64,000 nt of DNA from an uncultured virus (IMG/VR IMGVR_UViG_3300025853_007458) (lineage: Duplodnaviria; Heunggongvirae; Uroviricota; Caudoviricetes): IMG/VR virus record IMGVR_UViG_3300025853_007458; one strand, written 5' to 3'. The translations under genes and the position numbers were made by a program. This document shows positions 11,003 through 20,914 of this stretch, in pieces; within the stretch, counting starts at the first letter, position 1, and each line of letters starts with the position of its first letter. The notes below the pieces were generated by a model, which made no database searches, had not been told where the DNA came from, and worked only from the letters and a program-made list of their open reading frames with translations.

Positions 11003-12928
11003 ATGGCATTTCAAGTTTCACCAGGTGTTCTCGTACAAGAGAGGGATTTAACAAACGTAATCCCAGCAGTGGCAACTACGATCGGTGCCGTTGCAGGACA
11101 ATTCAATCAAGGACCTATGGACGAAGTTACGTCTATTAGTTCGGAGAAAGAATTAGTAGAAACGTTTGGTAAACCTGACTCTACAAACTTTGAATTTTGG
11201 TTTAGTGCTGCAAGTTTCTTGCAATACTCATCAAGTTTAAGGGTAGTACGAGCTGCAAACACTTCAAGTGTTAACGCTGTTGTATCTGGATCAGCATTAA
11301 GAATTAAGAACACAGATCATTATCAAAACGGTGACGGAAGTACAGGACCTTATAACGATGGTTCGGCTAACGTTGGCGAATGGGCTGCAAGAACAGCAGG
11401 CGCATGGGGTAATAACTTAAAAGTTTCAGTATGTCCGAGTGCAACGGCATATGAAACAGTAAATAAAACAACAACAAATGACGCTTCAACAGCAGTTGGA
11501 GATACAACTATCGTATTAACTTCAGGAACTGATTTTAATGTAGGTGATATTGTAAACTTCGGCGAGTCAGGTGGACATGAATATAGAGTTACAGATGTTT
11601 CAACAGACACTTTAACTTTTGTAAGACATCCATCAGGCACAGGCGGACTACACACAGCTGTTGCAAACGGTTCACAAGTAAGAAGAAGATGGCAATACTA
11701 CGATCTAGTAGATAAAGCGCCAGGAACATCAACATACGCTTCTAATAGAAGTGGTGTAAATGACGAAATGCACATAGTAGTCGTTGATGAAGACGGTGGT
11801 ATTACAGGTACTGCTGGTGAAGTTTTAGAAGTTTATGATTCAGTATCAAAAGGATCAGACGCTAAAACAGCACAAGGCGATACTAACTACTACGTTGACG
11901 TACTTTACAACCAATCAGAATACATCTATTGGATGGATCACGTTGCGACAGGAACAAATTGGGGTAGTGCAGTTGCAGGAATAACATTTACTGCTCTGTC
12001 AGCACCTTTTACTAGATCACTTATAGATGGTGCAGATGGTTCAACAGTAAGTACTGCTGAATTAAAAGCTGCTTACGAAAAATACAATGACGCTGATACT
12101 GTAGATGTTAACTTAATCATCGCTGGTAAAGGTGACGCTACACACATTGATAACTTAATTACAATCGCTGAAAACAGAAAAGACGCAATAGTATTTGTTT
12201 CTCCTGAAAGAACGGATGTAGTTAATGTTTCAAATAGTACTACTCAAACAACTAACGTAAAAAGTTTCTTTGACAGTATTAGATCATCATCATACGTTGT
12301 ATTTGATAGTGGTTACAAATATACATACGACAAATATAATGACGTATTCAGATATGTTCCTTTAAATGGTGACATTGCTGGATTAGCTGCAAGAACAGAC
12401 TTAATCGCAGACTCATGGTTCTCACCTGCTGGTTTCAACAGAGGAGTAATTAGAGGTGCAGTTAAACTTGCTTACAATCCAACACAAGGACAAAGAGATG
12501 AATTGTACAGAGCGAGAGTAAACCCAGTTGTAACATTACCAGGACAAGGTACTTTATTGTTTGGTGATAAAACTGGATTATCAACGCCGAGTGCTTTTGA
12601 TAGAATAAACGTAAGAAGATTGTTTATTACTTTGGAGAAGGCAATATCAACAGCTTCTAAATTTCAACTATTTGAATTTAATGACGAGTTTACAAGAGCT
12701 CAATTTAGAAACATAGTTGAACCATTCCTAAGAGATGTACAAGGTAGAAGGGGTGTTACAGACTTTAGAGTAGTTTGTGATTCTTCTAATAACACTGCTA
12801 ATGTCATTGATAGTAATGAGTTTAGAGCTGATATATTTGTTAAACCAAATAGATCAATCAACTTTATACAACTACAATTCGTTGCGACACGATCAGGCGC
12901 CGCATTTGAAGAAGTGGTAGGAGGATAA
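11003..12928 (+). CDS. gp18: Tail sheath protein
   Basis: SPGVLVQERD, WFSPAGFNRG, FDRINVRRLF and FEFNDEFTR motifs. Confidence 0.97.
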   Translation: MAFQVSPGVLVQERDLTNVIPAVATTIGAVAGQFNQGPMDEVTSISSEKELVETFGKPDSTNFEFWFSAASFLQYSSSLRVVRAANTSSVNAVVSGSALRIKNTDHYQNGDGSTGPYNDGSANVGEWAARTAGAWGNNLKVSVCPSATAYETVNKTTTNDASTAVGDTTIVLTSGTDFNVGDIVNFGESGGHEYRVTDVSTDTLTFVRHPSGTGGLHTAVANGSQVRRRWQYYDLVDKAPGTSTYASNRSGVNDEMHIVVVDEDGGITGTAGEVLEVYDSVSKGSDAKTAQGDTNYYVDVLYNQSEYIYWMDHVATGTNWGSAVAGITFTALSAPFTRSLIDGADGSTVSTAELKAAYEKYNDADTVDVNLIIAGKGDATHIDNLITIAENRKDAIVFVSPERTDVVNVSNSTTQTTNVKSFFDSIRSSSYVVFDSGYKYTYDKYNDVFRYVPLNGDIAGLAARTDLIADSWFSPAGFNRGVIRGAVKLAYNPTQGQRDELYRARVNPVVTLPGQGTLLFGDKTGLSTPSAFDRINVRRLFITLEKAISTASKFQLFEFNDEFTRAQFRNIVEPFLRDVQGRRGVTDFRVVCDSSNNTANVIDSNEFRADIFVKPNRSINFIQLQFVATRSGAAFEEVVGG

Positions 12929-12932
12929 ACAC

Positions 12933-13460
12933 ATGCCAAATATAAATGACTTTAAAGCTAAGTTAAGAGGCGGTGGAGCTCGTGCCAATCAGTTTAGAGT
13001 AACAATGCCTTTTCCTGGTTTTGCTGCTGTAGGTGGTGAAACAGAAACTATGAGTTTCTTAACTACATCTACATCTTTACCAGGAATGACTGTAACGGAA
13101 GTTGCAATACCATTTAGAGGTAGGGAGTTATATGTTGCAGGTGATAGAACATTTGCTACATGGACTACAACTATTCTAAATGATACTAACTTCTTAATAC
13201 GTAACGCTTACGAAAGATGGTTAAACGGTATCAACAATATGTCAGATAACGAGGGGTTAGTAAATCCTGTTGATTATCAAGTTGACGCATTTGTAGATCA
13301 GTTAGACCGAAATGGTAACGTGATTAAATCATACACATTCAGAGGAATGTTTCCAACAACTCTGGATGATATTGCTCTATCGTATAGTGATAACAACTCC
13401 GTAGAGAGTTTTACTGCTACACATAGATACCAATACTTTGAAACAAACACTACTACTTAA
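12933..13460 (+). CDS. gp19: Tail tube protein
   Basis: GGGARANQF, FRGRELYVAGDRTF and QLDRNG motifs. Confidence 0.95.
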   Translation: MPNINDFKAKLRGGGARANQFRVTMPFPGFAAVGGETETMSFLTTSTSLPGMTVTEVAIPFRGRELYVAGDRTFATWTTTILNDTNFLIRNAYERWLNGINNMSDNEGLVNPVDYQVDAFVDQLDRNGNVIKSYTFRGMFPTTLDDIALSYSDNNSVESFTATHRYQYFETNTTT

Positions 13461-13500
13461 TACCGTTATAAGTATTAATAGTAATAGGAGAAATTAAATT

Positions 13501-15090
13501 ATGGCTGAACTGTTTGGGTTTAAGATAGAGCGTTTAAAAGACGCTACAACCGATCCAAGACAAAATATAGTTCCACCTCAAGCGGAAGACGGTACACAAA
13601 CCGTCCCCGCTGGTGGGTTTTTTGCGTCTTATGGCGGATTTGATGTAACGGCTAGAAACGAGCTAGACTTAATAAGAAGATATAGAGAAGTATCACTTCA
13701 TCCCGAGTGTGACCTTGCAATAGAGGATATCATATCTGAAGCAATCGTATCAAATGAAAATCAACAATCTGTACAATTAGATTTAAGTAAAATTGAGTAC
13801 AGCGAATCTATCAAAAAGAAAATAAGAGAATCATTCCATGAAGTATTAAAGTTATTAAACTTTGATATAAAAGGCCACGACATCTTTAGAAGATGGTACG
13901 TAGATGGTAGATTATACTATCATAAAATTATAGACAAAGATAGTCCTAGGCTAGGAATTACAGAATTAAGATATATAGACCCTCGGAAAATCAAAAAGAT
14001 TAGAGAGGTTAGAAAGCAAAGAACAGATGGTATGCCTTCTTCATTTGCTTTTGAAAACAAATTCCAAGAATATTATATATTCAACGAAAGAGGAATACAC
14101 CCGACTGCTACATCTAACGCAGGTGGGTTAAGAATAGCACCAGATGCTATTTCGTTTTGTCCGTCTGGTTTAATAGATCAGCAGGCAAATCAAGTTTTAT
14201 CTTATTTACACAAGGCAATTAAACCTGTCAATCAATTAAGAATGATTGAAGACGCTGTTGTAATATACAGAATTGCTCGTGCACCAGAAAGAAGAATATT
14301 CTATATTGATGTAGGTAACTTACCTAAAATTAAGGCTGAACAATATTTAAGAGATGTTATGGCTAGATATAGAAACAAACTTGTATATGACGCAAGTACA
14401 GGTGAAATTAAAGACGATAGAAATCAGATGAGTATGTTAGAAGACTTTTGGTTACCTCGTAGAGAAGGTGGGAGAGGAACTGAAATTACTACATTACCTG
14501 GTGGTCAAAACTTAGGTGAAATACAAGATATAGAATACTTCCAAAAGAAACTATATCGTTCTCTTAATATACCAATTAGTAGATTAGAAGGTGGTCAAGG
14601 ATTTAATCTAGGTCGTGCAGCTGAAATTAGTAGAGATGAAGTTAAGTTTACTAAATTTGTAGGCAGACTACGTAAAAAATTCTGTATGCTTTTCCATGAT
14701 CTATTAAAAACACAATTAATATTAAAAGGTGTTATTGCTCCAGAAGAATGGGACAGTATGCAAGGCGATATTACATATTCTTTCTTACAAGATGGTTACT
14801 TTGCTGAATTAAAACACAGCGAAATGATGAGAGAAAGAGTTATGCTCGCTCAACAACTAGAAGGGTATGTTGGTAGATATTTCTCTAATGAGTATATACG
14901 AACCAAGATATTAAAACAAAATGAAACAGAAATTGATGAAATTGATAAACAAATTAAAGAAGAAGGTTCTGAAGGACAAGCCGAAGAAGTCCCAGCCATC
15001 ACGCCTAAAAAAGAAACGAATGGCAGTAAAGAAAAAGAACCAACATTAAAACCAAAAGAAGGAGAAAAAGATGTCGGAAGAAGTAATTAG
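13501..15090 (+). CDS. gp20: Portal protein
   Basis: IYRIARAPERRIFYIDVGNLPK and EDFWLPRREGGRGTEITTLPGGQNLG motifs. Confidence 0.97.
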   Translation: MAELFGFKIERLKDATTDPRQNIVPPQAEDGTQTVPAGGFFASYGGFDVTARNELDLIRRYREVSLHPECDLAIEDIISEAIVSNENQQSVQLDLSKIEYSESIKKKIRESFHEVLKLLNFDIKGHDIFRRWYVDGRLYYHKIIDKDSPRLGITELRYIDPRKIKKIREVRKQRTDGMPSSFAFENKFQEYYIFNERGIHPTATSNAGGLRIAPDAISFCPSGLIDQQANQVLSYLHKAIKPVNQLRMIEDAVVIYRIARAPERRIFYIDVGNLPKIKAEQYLRDVMARYRNKLVYDASTGEIKDDRNQMSMLEDFWLPRREGGRGTEITTLPGGQNLGEIQDIEYFQKKLYRSLNIPISRLEGGQGFNLGRAAEISRDEVKFTKFVGRLRKKFCMLFHDLLKTQLILKGVIAPEEWDSMQGDITYSFLQDGYFAELKHSEMMRERVMLAQQLEGYVGRYFSNEYIRTKILKQNETEIDEIDKQIKEEGSEGQAEEVPAITPKKETNGSKEKEPTLKPKEGEKDVGRSN

Positions 15091-15229
15091 ATATGGTGCT
15101 GGTGGCGTTCCTTACGTAAAGAAAACAGAAGCACCTAAGGAAGAAGTTAAAGAAGAAGTAATATCTGAAATTTTAACAAAGAATCCTAACAAAGAAAAAA
15201 AATCTGAAACTACTAAAGAAAAAAAGTAA
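15071..15229 (+). CDS. 52-aa charged protein, not in the ORF track (MSEEVIRYGAGGVPYVKK...)
   Basis: GGAG RBS at 15061, ATG at 15071, TAA at 15227-15229; overlaps the gp20 3' end and fills the gap. Confidence 0.6.
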   Translation: MSEEVIRYGAGGVPYVKKTEAPKEEVKEEVISEILTKNPNKEKKSETTKEKK

Positions 15230-15247
15230 TAGGAGATAAATAATATT

Positions 15248-15502
15248 ATGAGTAAAGAAAATTTAAACAAGTTTGTTAATTCACTACAACAAGGTGACGC
15301 TAAACAGGCAGGAGATGACTTAAAAAATGCTCTTGCAGATAAAGTTAGTGCAGCCTTAGATGACGCTAAAGTTGATGTGGCAAAGTCAGTATTTACAGGA
15401 CAACAAGGCGCAGACGCTCCAGAAGCGAATGTGTTTAGTGGTAATGATATAAGTGCTGAAACTCCTGCACCAGAGGTAGCTAGTGATGAAGTGGCTCAGT
15501 AA
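15248..15502 (+). CDS. Acidic prohead core protein, gp67-like
   Basis: Position between gp20 and gp21; helical acidic 84 aa with AGGAG RBS. Confidence 0.55.
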   Translation: MSKENLNKFVNSLQQGDAKQAGDDLKNALADKVSAALDDAKVDVAKSVFTGQQGADAPEANVFSGNDISAETPAPEVASDEVAQ

Positions 15503-15740
15503 TTTTATCAAAGATAATATAACTGAAGGCAACGATTATAAGCGTACTAGACAGTACAACAAACTCACGCCTAAAATGAAGCGTGCTGTAGATATGATAT
15601 TCAGAGCTGCTGATAAAGACGCAGATGTAATATCTAATTTTGAAAAAAATGTCAATACAGCTGCAAAACAATTTGGTGTAAGTAAACAAGATTTAATGAC
15701 GTATTTTGATAAAGAAACGTTAACAATTTTAAGGAGATAG
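15483..15740 (+). CDS. Hypothetical head-associated protein
   Basis: 85 aa in the head cluster; N-terminus ends in ITE/G, a possible gp21 site. Confidence 0.5.
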   Translation: MMKWLSNFIKDNITEGNDYKRTRQYNKLTPKMKRAVDMIFRAADKDADVISNFEKNVNTAAKQFGVSKQDLMTYFDKETLTILRR

Positions 15741-15742
15741 AA

Positions 15743-15994
15743 ATGGGAACATTTATAATAAAAGGAACCGCTATTGAAGGTACATTGACTGATAATTCAA
15801 TCGACAATTCACCTTTTGTAAGAGTAGTTGCTACTGCTGCTACAAATACTATTACAGTAAAAGATGGCAGTACTACTTTAGGTACAACTTTATTACATTC
15901 TGCTGGCGATGAAATTACGATAGAAAAACATCCTAAACATACAATTTCATCAAGTGATGATATAAGTGCTACTGCTGTAGGCGTAGGACACTAA
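15743..15994 (+). CDS. Hypothetical small beta-rich protein in the head cluster
   Basis: 83 aa, AAGGAG RBS, tightly packed. Confidence 0.55.
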   Translation: MGTFIIKGTAIEGTLTDNSIDNSPFVRVVATAATNTITVKDGSTTLGTTLLHSAGDEITIEKHPKHTISSSDDISATAVGVGH

Positions 15995-15995
15995 C

Positions 15996-16388
15996 ATGGC
16001 TGATACAGTATCTACACAAACATTAACAGATACGACAGGCGTAAAGTTTGCCGTTAAGATGACTAACTTTTCTGACGGTACAGGTGAAACTTTAGTTAAA
16101 AAAGTTGACGCTAGCGAAACAACTTTTATGACTGAAGACGGTAATCGTAAAATATCAAAAATCTTTTATTCAATAAACACTGCTAATCCTAAATCAGCAG
16201 TTGAATTGATATGGGATGGTACAGATAATGCAACGGCAGTTTTGTTGTCTGGTCAAGGTTTTTGGGACTTACGTGCCGATGGAAACGAGATTTTAAACAA
16301 CGCAACAACACCTACAGGTGATGTTTTGCTTTCTACAAAAAACTTTGCAAACGGTGATAATTATACGATTTTAGTGGTTTTCAGATAG
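15996..16388 (+). CDS. Hypothetical virion protein in the head cluster
   Basis: 130 aa, starts 1 nt after the previous stop. Confidence 0.55.
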   Translation: MADTVSTQTLTDTTGVKFAVKMTNFSDGTGETLVKKVDASETTFMTEDGNRKISKIFYSINTANPKSAVELIWDGTDNATAVLLSGQGFWDLRADGNEILNNATTPTGDVLLSTKNFANGDNYTILVVFR

Positions 16389-16395
16389 CAATTTG

Positions 16396-16403
16396 TATAA
16401 ATA
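16396..16403 (+). promoter_or_regulatory. T4-type late promoter for gp21
   Basis: TATAAATA upstream of 16431. Confidence 0.7.
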
Positions 16404-16430
16404 TTAGAGAGAAATTAGAGATAGATACAA

Positions 16431-17075
16431 ATGAAGTTAATTACCGAAGAAATATCAAACGCAGAATATATCGTAGAAGAAAAAAATGGTAAAAGAAATT
16501 ATTCCATTAAAGGTATATTCATGCAATCAGACGTTAAGAATAGGAATGGAAGAATCTATCCTAAAGAAATCTTACAAAAAGAAGTTGTAAGATACAATAG
16601 AGAGTTCATCAATAAAAGCAGAGCATTCGGCGAACTTGGTCATCCTGATGGCCCGACAGTAAATTTAGAAAGAGTTTCGCATATGATTAAGGCTTTGTAT
16701 CCAGAAGGCGCAAATTTTATAGGTGAAGCACGAGTTTTAGATACCCCATATGGAAAAATAGTGAAAAGTTTAATTGACGAGGGTGCAAAATTAGGTGTTT
16801 CAAGTAGAGGAATGGGTACACTTGCAAATGTAGGTGGTGCCAATGTAGTTAAAGACGATTTTTACCTTGCGACCGCGGCTGATATAGTCGCAGACCCAAG
16901 TGCTCCAGACGCTTTCGTAGAAGGCATTATGGAAGGCAAAGAGTGGGTTTGGAATAATGGGATTTTGAAAGAGCAAGAAGTAAACGAATTAAAGTTACAA
17001 GTAGAAAGTAAAGAGAGAATGGCAAGAGCAGAAAAGAATGCTCAAGTATTCGAATCTTTTCTTAAAAAACTGTAA
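16431..17075 (+). CDS. gp21: Prohead protease
   Basis: KNRNGRIY, GELGHP, LGVSSRG and DIVADPSAPDAFV motifs. Confidence 0.96.
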   Translation: MKLITEEISNAEYIVEEKNGKRNYSIKGIFMQSDVKNRNGRIYPKEILQKEVVRYNREFINKSRAFGELGHPDGPTVNLERVSHMIKALYPEGANFIGEARVLDTPYGKIVKSLIDEGAKLGVSSRGMGTLANVGGANVVKDDFYLATAADIVADPSAPDAFVEGIMEGKEWVWNNGILKEQEVNELKLQVESKERMARAEKNAQVFESFLKKL

Positions 17076-17078
17076 TTT

Positions 17079-17086
17079 TATAAATA
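17079..17086 (+). promoter_or_regulatory. T4-type late promoter for gp22/gp23
   Basis: TATAAATA immediately after the gp21 stop. Confidence 0.72.
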
Positions 17087-17160
17087 GTAATTGACTCATT
17101 CCGAGAGGATTGGTGCATTTATTTTACAACAACAAGAAAAACTATTGAGGAGATAGAACG

Positions 17161-18495
17161 ATGGCTGACAATACTGTGGCAGATTTGCCAACAAAAAATG
17201 CAGCTCCAGCTGAACCAGCAAAGTCGTTACAGGCAACTGTACAACAAGTGATGAATAAAGCAATCACTTCACCGACTGACGCAAAAGTAGATTTCGCACA
17301 AGGGGTTAACCACATTACAGGTGACCCACATCAAAAAAGTGCAGGTACAGCGGACGCAATGCCTACTCTCTCTGCTGAAAAAGAGCCTAAAAAAGATATT
17401 CAGGCTACTTACGAAGCTGATGAGAAAAAGGACGAAAAAGAAAAAGAAGATATGAAAGAAGCAGAACACTCTAAAGATGATGAGAAGAAAAAAGAAGATG
17501 TGAAAGAGGGTGAAATGCCAGCTGGTCTTAAAAAATACCTAGATAAAAAGGATGATAAAGAAGACGAGAAAAAAGAAGAAAAAGAAGACAAGAAAGACGT
17601 TAAAGAAGCTGAAGACAAAGAAGACGTTAAAGAATCTGAGTCAAAAGAAGATGAAAAGAAAAAAGAAGAGTCTTATGATGACAAGAAAAAAGACGTTAAA
17701 GAAGCAGAAGAAAAAGAAGATGAAAAAGAAGTGAAAAAAGAAATGTCTGCTAAAGATAAAGTAAAAGACATGGATATGAAAGAAGACGTTGCTGCTCTAA
17801 CTGATGGTGAAGAACTATCGGAAGAGTTTAAACAAAAAGCTTCTACTATATTTGAAGCTGCTGTTAAAGCAAAACTTGTTGAAGAAATAGAAAATTTAGA
17901 GAGCGAATACGAAACTAAGGTTAATGAGAAAGTTGAAGAAACTAAATCAGAAATCGTAGAAAAAGTTGACGCTTACCTAAACTATGTTGTCGAGGAGTGG
18001 ATGAAAGAAAACGAATTGGCAATAGAAAAAGGTTTAAGAGCTGAGATTACTGAAGATTTTATCGGTGGTCTTAAATCTTTATTTGAATCTCACTACATCA
18101 ATGTTCCACAAGAGAAGTATGATGTGATTGAGGCTCAGACTGCTGAGATAGAGAAGTTAAAAGAAGAAGTTAACCAAACTATTGAGAAAAACGTTGAGTT
18201 AAATCAGGCAATCGGTCAACACGTAAGAGCAGATATTATCAATGATGTATCATCTGATCTTGCTGAAACTGAATCTGAAAAACTTAAAGGTTTAGCAGAA
18301 AGTATTGAATACAAAGACGCTGACAGTTTTAGAACAAGTATAGAAACATTAAAAAATTCTTACTTCCCTAAAACAAAAGCGAGTGATAACGAATCTAATG
18401 AAGTAGCAGAAAACAATGCTGGCTCTATGAATGAGTCAATGGCTGCATATACTGCTGCAATTAGTAAATCAAAGAAAAACCCATACGTAAAGTAA
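17161..18495 (+). CDS. gp22: Prohead core scaffold protein
   Basis: LSEEFKQKASTIFEAAV and VDAYLNYVVEEWM motifs; upstream of gp23; K/E/D-rich repeats. Confidence 0.92.
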   Translation: MADNTVADLPTKNAAPAEPAKSLQATVQQVMNKAITSPTDAKVDFAQGVNHITGDPHQKSAGTADAMPTLSAEKEPKKDIQATYEADEKKDEKEKEDMKEAEHSKDDEKKKEDVKEGEMPAGLKKYLDKKDDKEDEKKEEKEDKKDVKEAEDKEDVKESESKEDEKKKEESYDDKKKDVKEAEEKEDEKEVKKEMSAKDKVKDMDMKEDVAALTDGEELSEEFKQKASTIFEAAVKAKLVEEIENLESEYETKVNEKVEETKSEIVEKVDAYLNYVVEEWMKENELAIEKGLRAEITEDFIGGLKSLFESHYINVPQEKYDVIEAQTAEIEKLKEEVNQTIEKNVELNQAIGQHVRADIINDVSSDLAETESEKLKGLAESIEYKDADSFRTSIETLKNSYFPKTKASDNESNEVAENNAGSMNESMAAYTAAISKSKKNPYVK

Positions 18496-18534
18496 GGGTT
18501 AGTTAATTAACTAAAAAGAAGGAGAGATAGAAAA

Positions 18535-19911
18535 ATGTTTTTATCTGAATCAATGCAAAACAAGTGGCAGCCCGTTTTAGACCATCCTGATCTTCCTGAG
18601 GTCAAAGATAGTTATAAAAGAGCCGTTACTTCAATGATATTAGAGAACCAAGAAAAGTCGCTTAAAGAAGACGCTGCTTTCTTATCAGAAGCTGCGCCAA
18701 CTAACGCAACAGGTTCTTCAATACAAAACTGGAATCCTATTTTAATTAGCTTAGTAAGAAGAGCAATGCCTAACCTTATCGCATACGATATCGCTGGTGT
18801 TCAACCTATGTCAGGCCCAACTGGTCTGATCTTCGCAATGAGAAGCAGATATGCCTCTCAAAGTGGTGGTGAAGCTCTTTTTGACGAAGCTGATACAGAC
18901 TTTAGTGGTAGAAATGCTGCTGGATCATCTGTAAATGCTAAAACAGGCCCAGCACAAACTGGTGAAAACCCAGCTGTTCTTAATGACTCAATCGGTACTT
19001 CTACTGGTTACACAACTGGTACTGGTATGACTACTGACTATGCTGAAGCACTAGGTGATGCTTCCACTAACGCATTTGCTGAAATGGCATTCTCAATTGA
19101 GAAGTCAACGGTAACTGCGAAAAGCAGAGCATTAAAGGCTGAGTACACTATGGAATTAGCACAGGACCTTAAAGCAATTCACGGCTTAGACGCTGAAACT
19201 GAATTGTCTAACATATTATCTGCTGAAATCTTAGCTGAGATCAACAGAGAAGTAGTTAGAACAGTTTATAGAACTGCTGAAGTAGGTGCTGCTGATAATG
19301 ACAACTCACACGCTGCAATTAACACAACAACTGCTGGTATATTTGACCTTGACACAGACTCTAATGGTAGATGGTCTGTTGAAAGATTCAAAGGTCTTAT
19401 GTTCCAACTAGAGAGAGATGCAAACACAATCGCTCAGAGAACCAGAAGAGGAAAAGGTAACATGATTATCTGTTCTTCAGATGTTGCCTCTGCATTACAA
19501 ATGGCGGGTGTTTTGGATTACACTCCTGCATTAAACAACAACTTAAACATTGACGATACTGGTAATACTTTTGCTGGTGTATTAAATGGTAAGTACAAAG
19601 TTTACATTGACCCATATGCTGCTAACATGGCAAGCAATGCGTCACCTACTAAACAGTACTACGTTGTTGGTTACAAAGGAACTTCTCCATACGACGCTGG
19701 TTTATTCTATTGTCCGTATGTACCTCTACAAATGGTTAGAGCAGTAGGTCAGGATAACTTCCAACCGAAAATCGGTTTCAAAACTAGATACGGTATGGTT
19801 GCTAATCCATTTGCTGGTGCTTCTGCGTCAGGAAATATTACTGCTGACGGTGTTGGTGCAATCAACGCTAACAGATACTACAGACGTGTTCAAGTTACGA
19901 ACATCATGTAA
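18535..19911 (+). CDS. gp23: Major capsid protein
   Basis: GVQPMSGPTGLIFAMR, SRALKAEYTMELAQDLKAIHGLDAE and FQPKIGFKTRYG motifs. Confidence 0.98.
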   Translation: MFLSESMQNKWQPVLDHPDLPEVKDSYKRAVTSMILENQEKSLKEDAAFLSEAAPTNATGSSIQNWNPILISLVRRAMPNLIAYDIAGVQPMSGPTGLIFAMRSRYASQSGGEALFDEADTDFSGRNAAGSSVNAKTGPAQTGENPAVLNDSIGTSTGYTTGTGMTTDYAEALGDASTNAFAEMAFSIEKSTVTAKSRALKAEYTMELAQDLKAIHGLDAETELSNILSAEILAEINREVVRTVYRTAEVGAADNDNSHAAINTTTAGIFDLDTDSNGRWSVERFKGLMFQLERDANTIAQRTRRGKGNMIICSSDVASALQMAGVLDYTPALNNNLNIDDTGNTFAGVLNGKYKVYIDPYAANMASNASPTKQYYVVGYKGTSPYDAGLFYCPYVPLQMVRAVGQDNFQPKIGFKTRYGMVANPFAGASASGNITADGVGAINANRYYRRVQVTNIM

Positions 19912-19935
19912 TATTTGTTGAGAAACAAATTTAAG

Positions 19936-19962
19936 AAGGGCGCTTCGGCGCCCTTTTTTTTT
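19936..19962 (+). terminator. Rho-independent terminator after gp23
   Basis: AAGGGCGC-TTCG-GCGCCCTT hairpin followed by a T tract. Confidence 0.92.
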
Positions 19963-19982
19963 AGCATAAATAAAAGTAGATT

Positions 19983-20264
19983 ATGTTTTATACTGAAAGA
20001 ATAACAATTTATAAAGAAATACCCATGTTGAAAAAAACACCATTTAAAGAGCTTCTAGGAATATTAGTAGTAGGTAGTATTATTACGTTATTAGCATTAG
20101 GTCTTAATTATTTAAATCCTAAGCCAAATGTATTAGAAGAATTAGAAGAAAAAATTAAAAAAGTAGAACAAAAAGAAATTGTTTTAACTGAACCTGAAAA
20201 ACAACTAGAAAAACAAGCTACAGAAAAAGAATGGCAAGAAGTAGATAAACAAACAGATAAATAG
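19983..20264 (+). CDS. Hypothetical single-pass membrane protein
   Basis: Hydrophobic LLGILVVGSIITLLALGL followed by a charged coiled-coil-like tail. Confidence 0.55.
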   Translation: MFYTERITIYKEIPMLKKTPFKELLGILVVGSIITLLALGLNYLNPKPNVLEELEEKIKKVEQKEIVLTEPEKQLEKQATEKEWQEVDKQTDK

Positions 20265-20268
20265 CTGT

Positions 20269-20895
20269 ATGACAGTAACAAACTCATACACTAGACAACC
20301 AACTAAACTGGACTATGCTAGTCCTACACAGTTTAAGTTTTCTATAATCAAGTTACCTAAAGTAGAATATTTTTGTACTACAGCAAATGTGCCTGGTATT
20401 ACACTAGGTTCATCAGCACAAGCTACACCTTTTAAAGATATACCTATACCTGGTGATAAACTAGATTACGATACATTAAACATACAGTTTTTAGTAGATG
20501 AAAATTTAGAAAACTATAGAGAGATACATGGTTGGATGACTGGTCTTGGATTTCCTAAAGATCATTCACAATTTAGATCATTACAGGCTGCAGGATCAGA
20601 CAGATATCCTACAACAACAAGCGAAACTTACAATAAAGAATTGGGACAAGTTGTAAAACAAACTTCAGATGATGGTGGTTTGTATTCAGACGCTACATTG
20701 TTTATATTAACAAGTAAAAACAATTCAAATATAGAAGTACGTTTTAGAGATATTTACCCAATATCATTATCTGGTTTAGATTACAATCAACAAGCAACAG
20801 ATGTAAATTACTTAACAGCAAGTGTAACGTTTCAATATAAACTTTATGAGTTTGCTAATGTAAGTGGTAGTGACACATTAGAAACAACTACTTAA
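20269..20895 (+). CDS. gp3: Tail completion / tube terminator protein gp3
   Basis: PGDKLDY, FLVDENLENY.EIHGWM and SDATL motifs; usual position after gp23 in marine T4-likes. Confidence 0.85.
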   Translation: MTVTNSYTRQPTKLDYASPTQFKFSIIKLPKVEYFCTTANVPGITLGSSAQATPFKDIPIPGDKLDYDTLNIQFLVDENLENYREIHGWMTGLGFPKDHSQFRSLQAAGSDRYPTTTSETYNKELGQVVKQTSDDGGLYSDATLFILTSKNNSNIEVRFRDIYPISLSGLDYNQQATDVNYLTASVTFQYKLYEFANVSGSDTLETTT

Positions 20896-20914
20896 TTATA
20901 ACATATATAATATT

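Noticed and set aside
17269..17734. Alternative-frame and antisense ORFs in gp22 (poly-Lys, poly-Ser/Phe)
   Set aside because: Artefacts of the low-complexity purine-rich tract.
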